A stretch of DNA of 64,000 nucleotides from Candidatus Poribacteria bacterium (lineage in GTDB: Bacteria > Poribacteria > WGA-4E > WGA-3G). Shown here one piece after another: positions 20,823-32,051 of this stretch (position 1 is its first letter; every line of letters starts with the position of its first letter). Location of the stretch: NCBI GenBank assembly GCA_965197475.1, contig CBDANF010000003.1:288001-352000 (forward strand), given 5' to 3'. A model generated the notes under the pieces. That model saw only the letters and a list, made by a program, of their open reading frames with translations. It ran no database searches and had not been told where the DNA came from. The translations under genes were made by a program, and so were the position numbers.

Positions 20823-21260
20823 ATGGTATTGAAAACGAAAACCTATTTTCCTAAATCCGATAAAGAGATTAAGTGGTACGTCGTGGATGCGCAAGGGCAA
20901 GTGCTCGGACGTTTAGCATCCCGAATCGCACAAGTATTGAGAGGGAAACACGACCCCGGTTTTACACCCCACGCGGATTTAGGGTATCGTGTTGCTGTGA
21001 TTAACGCCAAAAAAGTTGTTGTCACCGGAAATAAGAGTGAGCAGAAGACTTATTTCCGACATAGCGGTTATCCTGGTGGTGATAGATATCGAACGTTCAA
21101 TGAACAGATGAAACGCAGTCCTGAATTTATTATCACAGCTGCAGTCAAGGGGATGGTGCCCAAGAATCATCTCGGTGCAAAATTGATGAAGGGATTAAAG
21201 GTTTACGCAGGTCCAAACCACCCACACCAAGCACAGGAACCGGAAGTCTTAACATTTTAA
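20823..21260 (+). CDS. rplM: 50S ribosomal protein L13
   Basis: '[27 protein letters not shown]', 'HSGYPGG', 'HPHQAQ'. Confidence 0.99.
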   Translation: MVLKTKTYFPKSDKEIKWYVVDAQGQVLGRLASRIAQVLRGKHDPGFTPHADLGYRVAVINAKKVVVTGNKSEQKTYFRHSGYPGGDRYRTFNEQMKRSPEFIITAAVKGMVPKNHLGAKLMKGLKVYAGPNHPHQAQEPEVLTF

Positions 21261-21282
21261 TATTTTAACAGTTGAGGAAAAT

Positions 21283-23044
<1,762 letters not shown>

Positions 23045-23115
23045 CGGTGCGGGACAACACTATCCTACCACGGCAACTTGCCACAGTTAGTTTTTCTGGT
23101 TTTTTGCATTTTAAT

Positions 23116-23144
23116 TTGACATTTGCCAAGAATGGTTGTATCAT
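23116..23144 (+). promoter_or_regulatory. Promoter of the tRNA pair
   Basis: TTGACA-17 nt-TATCAT. Confidence 0.7.
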
Positions 23145-23160
23145 TATATATTGTGAATTT

Positions 23161-23233
23161 GAGCCGTTAGCTCAGCAGGTAGAGCATCTGACTTTTAATC
23201 AGGTGGTCACAGGTTCGATTCCTGTACGGCTCA
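23161..23233 (+). tRNA. tRNA-Lys(UUU), CCA not encoded
   Basis: Cloverleaf GAGCCGT...ACGGCTC; anticodon loop CT-TTT-AA; T-loop GGTTCGATTCC. Confidence 0.97.
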
Positions 23234-23252
23234 TTTAATTTTGTTTCTATAT

Positions 23253-23327
23253 GCCCCTGTCGTCTAGCCTGGCCAAGGACACCGCCCTTTCACGGCGGCG
23301 ACACGAGTTCAAATCTCGTCGGGGGTA
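23253..23327 (+). tRNA. tRNA-Glu(UUC), CCA not encoded
   Basis: GCCCCTG...CGGGGGTA; anticodon stem CCGCC/GGCGG with CT-TTC-AC; T-loop AGTTCAAATCT. Confidence 0.96.
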
Positions 23328-23336
23328 TTTGAAAAA

Positions 23337-23369
23337 GAAAACCAACCCTATATTGTGGGTTGGTTTTTT
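23337..23369 (+). terminator. Rho-independent (bidirectional) terminator
   Basis: aaaaccaaccc-loop-gggttggtttttt. Confidence 0.85.
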
Positions 23370-23444
23370 GTTTATAGTAATATCTAAAAATACCTTCGTA
23401 TTTTCTTTGTATTAACGTATGAATTCAAGAGATATAGGTGAATA

Positions 23445-23903
23445 TCAATCTGCAGCCTCAGCAAGCTCCAACAACACTGGCGATTCGACTCGGATAGCGT
23501 CTTTGATACAGACCTCTTCACAAAGCAGGCAGCCGACACAATCCTTTGGTTTAACAAGTTCGCAGATACCAAAGAAACTATCGGCATGTTCATTTGTTAC
23601 CGGATCTTTTATTTCAAGGCACTCCCACGGGCAGATTTGTACACAGAAATCGCACCCAGAGCATAACTCCTCATAAATAACAGCGATGGGGCGATGCGTG
23701 AGACGAGGGATAAATTTACACACTTCCCCGAATTGGTCATGAATCGCTTCCACGGGACAGACCATGCCGCATGCGCCACAATCAATGCATACATCGGGAT
23801 CAATGATGTGTAATTTATTGCGATCACCAGTAATTGCATCAACCGGACATTTACATAAACACTGCAGGCATCCGATGCATTCGTCAGTTATAAAATACGC
23901 CAT
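23445..23903 (-). CDS. Polyferredoxin, up to four [4Fe-4S] clusters
   Basis: CIGCLQCLCKCP, CIDCGACGMVCP, CSGCDFCVQICP, CVGCLLCEEVCI. Confidence 0.9.
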   Translation of the reverse strand: MAYFITDECIGCLQCLCKCPVDAITGDRNKLHIIDPDVCIDCGACGMVCPVEAIHDQFGEVCKFIPRLTHRPIAVIYEELCSGCDFCVQICPWECLEIKDPVTNEHADSFFGICELVKPKDCVGCLLCEEVCIKDAIRVESPVLLELAEAAD

Positions 23904-23929
23904 AACAGTTATACCTCCTATGTTCTATT

Positions 23930-26362
23930 TTAGCACAACCCAAGATGTGTAACAACAAGCTTTTCTAACCTTGCACTCCATATTTCAGGTGAATGCACCT
24001 TCCCGTGTCGTGCATCAATGACTTTTCCATCAGTATCAATGAGTATGAAGGCAGGTAGCTTAACTTTACGGGTTCCTGGACCCGATCCGAATCCGAACTG
24101 ATCAGCCAATGCAGCTTGCTGTCCATCAGCATCAGCATAGATATACTGTCCTTGACGGTTTTCCCTGCGAACTACATCGCGCAATGCTTCTGCGTCCCTC
24201 CATCCACCAACATTGACACCAATTACCTCAAATCTATTATTGTGATGTTTTTTGTAAAGTGTGTCAATGTCCGTGAGTTCTTGTTCATTGTGTATGTAAC
24301 CAAAATGGAGTAGGACAACTTTCCCACGAAATGCAGAGGCTGAAATAGGATTTCCATCAACATCAACTGCAGAAAAATCTGGAATCACGTTACCTATGCG
24401 TGCGATATCTGTCCACTTCACAAGTTGTCCAAGTTGTTCTCCTCTTGTACCTACTGAGATGATCTTCCCATCTCTATCAATGAGCCACTGTGAAGGCACA
24501 CTATTAATACCGAAAAACTGTGCGAGTTCGCTTTTCCATCCTTTTCCATCATAGATTTGGGGCCACGGTATCTCATGTTCCTCAATGTATTCGCGTAGTT
24601 CTGTTTCATTCTCATCCAGACTCACACCGATAACATCAAAACCATCTTTGTGATGGTTCTCGTATACCTTTTTGAGATAAGGAATTTCTGGCGCGCAGAA
24701 ACCACACCATTTCGCACAAAAATTAAGAACCAACATTTTGCCATGGTAATCCGAGACCGATACAGGTGTGCCATCAATAGCAACCGCAGAAAAATCGGGA
24801 AGTTGCTTCCCAACCCATGCATCTTGTTTCCATCTAAATTCAGGATGAGGTTCCCACGGATATTTTTGTGCTAATTCGGTTTCTCCCAACGTTTCATAGA
24901 CATCCCCAAGTCCGCGTAGGGCATACCAATCGTCTGGTTCAACATTAAGTCGTTGCTGAAATGCATGTTGCATTTGCTCAATCAAGGGTTTACATTTTGC
25001 AATAAGTTCGGCATTTGCATCAGAATTCCTCATCAGATTCCGATAGATATGGCACGGTGTTCTGCCTACCTCTTTATAAAGTTTTGTCAACCAACCGGAC
25101 AATTCCGATTCACCTTGCTGCTTTGCTCTTTCAAACATTCTCTCAAGGGCAGTAAGTGTCAGTTTAAACAATGGATCAAAGGGGCCATCATAATGACTAA
25201 CTGCAAAAAAACATGTTTCAGCATCTTTGGGAGCCAACGTCATGGCTTGTTCAAGGAAGGTAAGGTCACTATCCGATTCTCCATGACGGACACGTTTACC
25301 CTCCCACACAATGATTACTAACATTTTCACAGCAGCACCGTTTTCAGGTTGTGTTTCAAGTGCCTCTTCAACGAATTCACGTAGTTCCAGATGCATCGCT
25401 TCAGGAAAATTTGAGATGTGCTCTTGAAGTTGTGCTGGCAGCGTTGTTTTACCATCAACAACCCCTGCTTTAATCTTTGTTTTGAAATACTCCAGAAGTT
25501 GTTCTTGATCTTTCTCTGTGAGTCTTCTTGGCGGTGCATGTTTACGGTTTTCAAACGATTTTAGATACGCGTCCCATATATCGGTATGATCGGATATCGC
25601 ATCGACTAAGTCTTGTTGATCCTCCGATTGTTGTCCCAAATTTTTCCGAAATGCAGCCTTTTCCATAGGAACCAAATCTCTACACTTCTTTATCAGGGAA
25701 TTATATCTATCAATTTTCGGACTACTTCCATCAGAACGTGATGAATTTTGAAGGTTATCCGTAAGGTCCCTAAGTCCATCTTTAAGGTGCTTATAAACTG
25801 TGTAGGGGGTTATCCTATGCTGCCAATAGAATGACCTTGCCTCCTGATAACGAGCAGTGTCGTCTTGTTGCGCTGCCCAAGTATATAAGTTTTCAAGTGC
25901 CATGAGAACTTTTTCTCGGTCCGCGATGCCACCGAAAAATCCGCCATTGCATCTATATCTGTCTATCACAACCAAATTCATACACGGGTCTTTCGGTATT
26001 AGCGACATTGACTCATCCACATGTGGATCATTTTTTAAATCCCAGTCTGAAATTTCCACAATTGTGCAAAGTAAGGCTGCTGCGCCATTTTTCGGATCAG
26101 ATTTAAGAAAACTATCGGCTAACGCTCGTAATTTTGGCAGCATCTCTTTTGGAAATCGCCAAAAGTAATTGTGGATACCAGGGGGAAGTGTTGTTACTCC
26201 ATCCGAGACACCTTCTTCAATTTTCGTTTTGATGTAAGCGAGGAGTTTTTCTTGCGTTTCCTCGTCTAATTCTGATATGCCACTACTTGATGAGAGTCCA
26301 AAATTGTAAAGTGAATTGATGAACGTATACCAGAAATCCGTAGAATCGTATTTTTCGAACAT
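23930..26362 (-). CDS. Redoxin (TlpA/AhpC-TSA) domain protein with a duplicated helical N-terminal region
   Basis: Two redoxin domains (first 'FCAKWCGFCAPEIP', second without CxxC); repeated module 'KTKI..GV.DG.TTLP...P.NGAA'; TPR-like 'ALRGLGDVYETLGETELA'. Confidence 0.85.
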   Translation of the reverse strand: MFEKYDSTDFWYTFINSLYNFGLSSSSGISELDEETQEKLLAYIKTKIEEGVSDGVTTLPPGIHNYFWRFPKEMLPKLRALADSFLKSDPKNGAAALLCTIVEISDWDLKNDPHVDESMSLIPKDPCMNLVVIDRYRCNGGFFGGIADREKVLMALENLYTWAAQQDDTARYQEARSFYWQHRITPYTVYKHLKDGLRDLTDNLQNSSRSDGSSPKIDRYNSLIKKCRDLVPMEKAAFRKNLGQQSEDQQDLVDAISDHTDIWDAYLKSFENRKHAPPRRLTEKDQEQLLEYFKTKIKAGVVDGKTTLPAQLQEHISNFPEAMHLELREFVEEALETQPENGAAVKMLVIIVWEGKRVRHGESDSDLTFLEQAMTLAPKDAETCFFAVSHYDGPFDPLFKLTLTALERMFERAKQQGESELSGWLTKLYKEVGRTPCHIYRNLMRNSDANAELIAKCKPLIEQMQHAFQQRLNVEPDDWYALRGLGDVYETLGETELAQKYPWEPHPEFRWKQDAWVGKQLPDFSAVAIDGTPVSVSDYHGKMLVLNFCAKWCGFCAPEIPYLKKVYENHHKDGFDVIGVSLDENETELREYIEEHEIPWPQIYDGKGWKSELAQFFGINSVPSQWLIDRDGKIISVGTRGEQLGQLVKWTDIARIGNVIPDFSAVDVDGNPISASAFRGKVVLLHFGYIHNEQELTDIDTLYKKHHNNRFEVIGVNVGGWRDAEALRDVVRRENRQGQYIYADADGQQAALADQFGFGSGPGTRKVKLPAFILIDTDGKVIDARHGKVHSPEIWSARLEKLVVTHLGLC

Positions 26363-26469
26363 AATTTTCTCCGAGGCGGATATTCAATTAGGATGCCTTT
26401 AGTATAAATTAGTATAATGTTTTAACTTTTGTGTGTCCAGTGAATATTTACATCTTTTGATAAAAACGA

Positions 26470-26551
26470 GGGTGTTGTCTAACGAGTGATATAGCGTAGT
26501 TCTTATGGTTGGAACTGGCACCTATACCAAATTAGTTGTTAAGACAACACC
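26470..26551. repeat. Short inverted-repeat element (MITE-like or terminator)
   Basis: ggtgttgtct ... agacaacacc. Confidence 0.45.
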
Positions 26552-26588
26552 TTTAGTTTTTAACTGACAGGTAGTCACTTGATGCTAT

Positions 26589-26852
26589 TTACTGAAAATA
26601 TGCAGCGTTAATCTCTGTGAAATGTTCCCATTCTTCCGGCACATCTTCTTCCATGAAGATAGCCTCAACAGGACATTCTGGCTCACATACACCACAATCG
26701 ATGCATTCTTCTGGATCAATGTAGAGCATGTCTACCCCTTCAAATTCATCAGGTGCATCTGTTGGATGTGGGTGAATACAATCCACAGGACAGACATCAA
26801 CACAAGAGCTGTCTTTTTCGTCAATGCAGGGTTCGCAAATTACATAGGTCAT
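26589..26852 (-). CDS. Ferredoxin (dicluster, FdxA/7Fe-like)
   Basis: CEPCIDEKDSSCVDVCPVDCI ... CIDCGVCEPECP. Confidence 0.95.
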   Translation of the reverse strand: MTYVICEPCIDEKDSSCVDVCPVDCIHPHPTDAPDEFEGVDMLYIDPEECIDCGVCEPECPVEAIFMEEDVPEEWEHFTEINAAYFQ

Positions 26853-26893
26853 TTTGTTATTCTCCTTTTGTTTTAATCGGAAAGGTTATCAGG

Positions 26894-27175
26894 TTAAATA
26901 CTGAGTTGTTGTTTATTGAAATAATCAGCGTTTTTTTCAATGAAACGTTCCCATTCCTCCGGCACATCTTCATCAAAAAAGATAGCCTCAACAGGGCATT
27001 CAGGTTCACACACGCCACATTCAATGCATGTTTCTGGATCAATGAAGAGTTGATTTACCCCTTCATAGTCATCGGATTCATGCATTGGATTTGGGCGTAT
27101 GGAATCACAAGGGCAAATATCAACACAAGTGCTGTCTTTTACATCAACGCAGGGTTCACAAATTACATACGTCAT
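26894..27175 (-). CDS. Ferredoxin (dicluster, FdxA/7Fe-like)
   Basis: CEPCVDVKDSTCVDICPCDSI ... CIECGVCEPECP. Confidence 0.95.
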   Translation of the reverse strand: MTYVICEPCVDVKDSTCVDICPCDSIRPNPMHESDDYEGVNQLFIDPETCIECGVCEPECPVEAIFFDEDVPEEWERFIEKNADYFNKQQLSI

Positions 27176-27230
27176 TTGTTATTTCTCCTTTTATTATATT
27201 CTGTTCGGCTAAATTGTCAATTGTTATTTT

Positions 27231-27494
27231 TTATTGAAAATAATCAGCGTTGATTTCTATAAAATGTTCCCATTCTTCTGGAACTTCATCTTCAATGAAG
27301 ATAGCTTCAACTGGACATTCATGTTCGCATATAGCACAATCAATGCATTCTTCTGGGTCAATATAGAGTTGGTTTACCTCTTCAAATTCGTCGGGATTGT
27401 TTGTCGGATGTGGGTGAATGCAATCCACAGGACAAGGGTCAACACAAGCACTGTCTTTTACATCAATGCAGGGTTCGCAAATTACATAGGTCAT
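27231..27494 (-). CDS. Ferredoxin (dicluster, FdxA/7Fe-like)
   Basis: CEPCIDVKDSACVDPCPVDCI ... CIDCAICEHECP. Confidence 0.95.
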   Translation of the reverse strand: MTYVICEPCIDVKDSACVDPCPVDCIHPHPTNNPDEFEEVNQLYIDPEECIDCAICEHECPVEAIFIEDEVPEEWEHFIEINADYFQ

Positions 27495-27533
27495 TTTAGA
27501 ATTCCTCCTTTATGTGTAAGTTGTCTTTTCATG

Positions 27534-28349
27534 TTACCAGGGCCGGGATGAACTTACCCGTGCGTTTTTCCAATTAATTGTATGTGTCCAGCCAGGCTTC
27601 ACACCCTTTTTAGGTCCCATACCGTAAGCCCCTACACGATAATCAATCCCTGTCATAAACATTAAGCGGGATGCCAATTCCTTAGCCTCTGCGACATCTA
27701 TTTCAACTTCTCTGTCTTTCTCTAATTGAAAACCGTTATGGATCAATCTCACTTGTAGTCCGTGCTTTCCAATTTTAGATTGTAAACGTCGTGCTGCTTC
27801 TTGGACTTTTGAAAACTGGACATCAGGAGCGTGCTCCTTTGGATATAGGCTAAAACCCGCATGGCGGACATGAAAAACGTTATCCCCGTCTCCAAAACAA
27901 CCTTCAAGCATCATACTCTCAAGCAATGTTTCAAGTTCTATCATATCACCAGTGCGGAATTGTGTCGGATCATCTGGGAGAGCTACCACTGTAAACCATA
28001 AGTGAAGGATATTGAAAGGTAGTTCTCGTTCTTTAATTAAGGATCGGAGCACTTCCTTAACTTCCGCGATACGAGTTGAATTTGACGCTAAATGTTCCAC
28101 TTCGTCATATATTTCAGATATACTACGCCCTCTGGAAAGACACCAATGTCCACTGATTGTAAAATTTTTTAATTTTTCCGCGATTTTATCCCCTTTCCAC
28201 CGTCTAATTATATCCTCCGTGTATGATCTCGTTGTTGGGTTGTCATCTTCAGAGATCAATAGAGGACCTTTTTCGACAGTGGAGATAGGTATCTTGATAT
28301 CCTTAATTAGAGACCTTATCAATTCCGTGACTTCATTCGGGTTCATCAT
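27534..28349 (-). CDS. Hypothetical cytoplasmic protein, paralog family A (copy 3)
   Basis: AGGAGG RBS; shares 'NPN(D/E)V..L..SL', 'H.GF.L' and 'GI.Y' with its two neighbours. Confidence 0.85.
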   Translation of the reverse strand: MMNPNEVTELIRSLIKDIKIPISTVEKGPLLISEDDNPTTRSYTEDIIRRWKGDKIAEKLKNFTISGHWCLSRGRSISEIYDEVEHLASNSTRIAEVKEVLRSLIKERELPFNILHLWFTVVALPDDPTQFRTGDMIELETLLESMMLEGCFGDGDNVFHVRHAGFSLYPKEHAPDVQFSKVQEAARRLQSKIGKHGLQVRLIHNGFQLEKDREVEIDVAEAKELASRLMFMTGIDYRVGAYGMGPKKGVKPGWTHTINWKNARVSSSRPW

Positions 28350-28385
28350 TCATCCTCCTTTCTTAATGGTTCTTGCCAAACTAAA

Positions 28386-29228
28386 TTAATAGTAAGGTCC
28401 GGATGCACTTACCCTTACAATTTTCCAATTAATTGCGTTTGTCCACCCGGGTGGAATTTCATCCACACTTAACTGCATACCATACCCGCTTCCTCCAGGA
28501 TAGTTAATCCCTGTCATAATACTTAGTCGAATTGCCAACTCTTTTGTTTCGGAAACATGTATTTCAAATTCGCGCTTCTTCTCTAATACAAAACCTTCAT
28601 GGAGTAGACACACCTTCAGATCATGTTTTTCCAATGCGGACTGAAGAAATTTCATCATTTCTTGAACTTGCGAAAATGAGATGTCGGGTTTATCGTATTC
28701 TCTATCATCCATTCGATTTAAACTAAAACCGCTATGGCGTACCCGTACATTTAAGTTCTCCTTTTCAAGCAATGTTTCAAGTTCTATCATCTCTTTGTTA
28801 CGATATTGTATCGGGTCTTCTGGGAGAATAATCACGCTAAAAGCACGGTTGAAAATCTTAAAGGGCAGACCTTGTTCTTTAATCAAAGATTCCAATACTT
28901 TTCTAACTTGCGGAACATGAGATGTCTCAAGAGCAAGACGTTCTATCTCTACACAGATATCAGATACGGTTATTCCCACAGATGTCCGATAGTTTCTATG
29001 TTTACCATAAATGCCGATAGATTCTCTCGCCTCTTGCACCTCTTGAGGAATATCGTCGTATTCACCTTTATCAAGTTCCATCCACTGTTGAGCAATATCT
29101 TTAAGCCGTTCTCTTGGCACTTTAGTATCGTCTTCACTAATCAATAGAGGTCCGCAATTGGACGCAACTGGTAGAGAAGATTCTGCAGTTAAAGATTCCA
29201 ATAATTTCTTAACATCGTTGGGATTCAT
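28386..29228 (-). CDS. Hypothetical cytoplasmic protein, paralog family A (copy 2)
   Basis: AGGAGG RBS; 'GPLLISEDD', 'MIELETLLE', 'VRHSGFSL', 'INWK'. Confidence 0.85.
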   Translation of the reverse strand: MNPNDVKKLLESLTAESSLPVASNCGPLLISEDDTKVPRERLKDIAQQWMELDKGEYDDIPQEVQEARESIGIYGKHRNYRTSVGITVSDICVEIERLALETSHVPQVRKVLESLIKEQGLPFKIFNRAFSVIILPEDPIQYRNKEMIELETLLEKENLNVRVRHSGFSLNRMDDREYDKPDISFSQVQEMMKFLQSALEKHDLKVCLLHEGFVLEKKREFEIHVSETKELAIRLSIMTGINYPGGSGYGMQLSVDEIPPGWTNAINWKIVRVSASGPYY

Positions 29229-29276
29229 AACTCAACCTCCTAATGTCGAATCAGGTTGCAGTAAAGTTTAGTCTTT

Positions 29277-29999
29277 TCAACTTTTCCATTGACGCCGTGG
29301 AAAACGCCATAAAGAAATCCGGATATTAGCACTTGTGCAGTTTGTAGATTTGAATGTATCCTCGGAAGGTGGCGTGTGATATGAATCCAACCTATAGTTG
29401 ATGCCGAGGGTATCATCTATCCGTTTTGCAATCTCACTAACCTGTGAGAGAGGTATGTTAGATTCAGAAGTTTTCTCTAATCTGAAACCTCGGTGGAACA
29501 ATTTTGCCTTGATGCGTTTCTCCTTTAATATCGTCTCATAGCGATTTGCCACCCCTTCAAACTGCGATGCCACCACCTTAACCCCTGCTTGTTTTTCTAA
29601 CCGAAATCCACCGTGAAGCATTTTGACAGGATAGCGCGTCGTGTCATCCTCAGCCAATGTCACCAATCGGAATCCGTGATCGGTAAAACGGATAGGCAGA
29701 TTCTCTTCCGCTATGAGAGATTCAAGGATGACTTCAACTTCTAAAGATTCTAACAATTCTTTTGCAGACGAGTCCGCATCGGTTTTGGAATAGAATTCCA
29801 TAATATCTTCTCGACCAGGATGACGCGTGTAGATTTTACCCTCTTTGTTCCATTGATGGATAACATCTTTGATGCGCCCCTCTGTGGTATAATCCGATGC
29901 CCCTAAACTTTGAATAGCGGATATATCAATTACCTCAATCGGGATCCCTTCCTCCACAATTAAAGTTTTTAATAATTCCTTGACATCATTCGGTGTCAT
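29277..29999 (-). CDS. Hypothetical cytoplasmic protein, paralog family A (copy 1)
   Basis: AGGAGA before ATG 29999; MTPNDVKELLKTLI; three (H/G)GFRL repeats. Confidence 0.8.
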   Translation of the reverse strand: MTPNDVKELLKTLIVEEGIPIEVIDISAIQSLGASDYTTEGRIKDVIHQWNKEGKIYTRHPGREDIMEFYSKTDADSSAKELLESLEVEVILESLIAEENLPIRFTDHGFRLVTLAEDDTTRYPVKMLHGGFRLEKQAGVKVVASQFEGVANRYETILKEKRIKAKLFHRGFRLEKTSESNIPLSQVSEIAKRIDDTLGINYRLDSYHTPPSEDTFKSTNCTSANIRISLWRFPRRQWKS

Positions 30000-30070
30000 G
30001 TTAGCTCTCCTTTTAGAGTAAGAATGCAAATCGGTTGAAAAGGTTACATAAAAAACACTGTTTTGCGAAT

Positions 30071-30685
30071 TCAATCTGTTTTCGGATTTTCTTTTTTTCT
30101 AAATATATGGTCGAATTCGCCGGGATATTCCGCTTTCATCCAAGCGGTGACCTTTTTCTTGGCACGATACAATCGAACCTTAGTCGCTGACAATGTTATT
30201 TCTAAAGTCTTGGCGATTTCTTCCAGCATCATTCTGGGATTGGCAAGTTTCAACTCAAACACTTCTCGTTCCGACTTTGATAACCGGCGCGCTAAGGCAT
30301 AAACGATCTCTAATTGTTCTTTGCCAATAATACGATATATAGGCGAACGATGCTCAAGGTCTACCAGATGTGCTTCAGGATTCCCTTCAAGCGATCCGAT
30401 TTCGAGTTTTCTCTGGTCTTCACGGAAGTGTGCTGCAACGAGTTGATATGCAATACTGAACAGCCAACTTGAAAAACTTTTGGGATCCCGAAGGGTTCCG
30501 AGATTTTGATGAACCTTAATAAACGTCTCTTGCACAAGGTCTTGCGCGGTTTCCCAATTGCCAACGCGCCTATAGAAAAAACTGAGGAGGGGACCTTCGT
30601 ACCGATGATAAAGGATTTCAAATGTCCCATCATCAGCATCGGCTAAATTTTGATCCACCAATTCCTCGTCGCGAAACTCATCCAT
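30071..30685 (-). CDS. ECF RNA polymerase sigma factor
   Basis: Region 2 'AQDLVQETFIKV...FSSWLFSIA'; region 4 'EEIAKTLEITLSATKVRLYRAKKK'. Confidence 0.93.
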   Translation of the reverse strand: MDEFRDEELVDQNLADADDGTFEILYHRYEGPLLSFFYRRVGNWETAQDLVQETFIKVHQNLGTLRDPKSFSSWLFSIAYQLVAAHFREDQRKLEIGSLEGNPEAHLVDLEHRSPIYRIIGKEQLEIVYALARRLSKSEREVFELKLANPRMMLEEIAKTLEITLSATKVRLYRAKKKVTAWMKAEYPGEFDHIFRKKENPKTD

Positions 30686-31078
30686 TGTCGTTCCACCCTC
30701 TGTTAACATCACTATTTTATTTACACTCAACTATAGAGAAGCATATAATTAATGAAACACTTGATATTGTAAAATTGAAATTTGAATTTAAATATAAGAA
30801 TGCAAATCAGATAAAAAGGTTACATAAAAATGAAGTGTTCAATTTGCGGCAGTCTGTTCGGAGGTGAAAATTTTTCGTCATGCTCATTATGTGGAATTTC
30901 AAGGACAGTTGCAAGTTTTTTTGAAGAAAACCGATTCCGTTGATAACTAAAAAAAGATGGTAATAACTGTATGTGTATCTATCAACTCCACAAAGGAGAT
31001 AAACCGATAACAAATAATATGAAAGTCCTAATTTGATTAAAAATCGATGAAATTATTTTGTTTGGAGGTAATATCATT

Positions 31079-31636
31079 ATGTTCAAGGAATTAAAAAAGA
31101 TAAGCGTTGTGCTTGTGTTATTGGCATGTTTTATTGGATGCGGCGACGTTGACCCAACTCCGGTGTCACCTCCAGTTTATTTGGCAATTAACCAGGTTTT
31201 AAAACGGTGGCGAGAAGGTTATGAAACTGAAGATATAGAGACTTATATGAGTGCTTACTGGTCGCAAGGTTTCCGATACGTCTCAGACTGGGGAACAGAC
31301 GGCGATAAAACTGATGATCTCATATTTGATGATATTCGAGACGAACGTGATTCTGCAATTCATGTCTTTAGCCAATTTCAGGATATTGAAATAGAACTTT
31401 CTATTCCTCCCGAAATAGCCATGAATAAAGATGGCACGCAAGCCGAAGTCCGAAATCATTACCGAATCCAAGGCTTTGTGGCAGATGGCGAATCACTTGA
31501 AGGCGGATTTACGGGGTGGTTCGCGGAAGGCGACAACCTGTTTATCTTTGAAAAAAGAGATGACGAATGGCGCATCATTGAATGGTATGATGAGGCTTTC
31601 AATGATGAAGAAATTCGCATTGCTAATAACCTATAG
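31079..31636 (+). CDS. Lipoprotein with NTF2/SnoaL-like domain
   Basis: Lipobox 'LACFIG-C'; 'W..GYETEDIETYMSAY'; 'FEKRDDEWRIIEW'. Confidence 0.75.
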   Translation: MFKELKKISVVLVLLACFIGCGDVDPTPVSPPVYLAINQVLKRWREGYETEDIETYMSAYWSQGFRYVSDWGTDGDKTDDLIFDDIRDERDSAIHVFSQFQDIEIELSIPPEIAMNKDGTQAEVRNHYRIQGFVADGESLEGGFTGWFAEGDNLFIFEKRDDEWRIIEWYDEAFNDEEIRIANNL

Positions 31637-31689
31637 CTTGGTCAATTTTAAAACATTCAGAATAAATTATCCAAACTATAGTTAAATCA

Positions 31690-31723
31690 CAAGGTATCTC
31701 ATAAATTTTTATGAGATACCTTG
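31690..31723 (+). terminator. Hairpin / putative terminator
   Basis: caaggtatctcat ... atgagataccttg followed by a T-rich tract. Confidence 0.6.
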
Positions 31724-31885
31724 ATTCTTTTTAGCAGATAGGTTATGCTTTAAACAGATTGATTGCAGTGACACAGTTGGAAGAAATTCATCTTACCTGA
31801 TCACATACCAAGTTGGCATTATCTGTTAATTTTTGTAAAAAATTTAATATGAGGACGCATAACATATAAAATAGTGAAAAAAATC

Positions 31886-31998
31886 TCGACTCTTTTTTGC
31901 AAATTTGATACACTTTATAACAATTGATTGCAATGGTACGTGGTTAAGAGGGTTATCCACTACTTTCTGCAGTCCCATTCGTTAAATAAAACCCTTTT
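31886..31998 (+). promoter_or_regulatory. Promoter plus putative structured 5' leader RNA (pseudoknot)
   Basis: TCGACT-17-TACACT, then stems GATTGCA/TGCAGTC and GTGG/CCAC; loop AAGAGGGTT complementary to AACCCTTTT; homologous to 44629-44737. Confidence 0.5.
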
Positions 31999-32051
31999 GT
32001 TTAATTTCCGAAATGCACATGACAGTGCAATTTTCAAGGAGGATTAAAACA

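Noticed and set aside
23047-23238. 63-aa ORF after purA
   Set aside because: It overlaps tRNA-Lys and its promoter.
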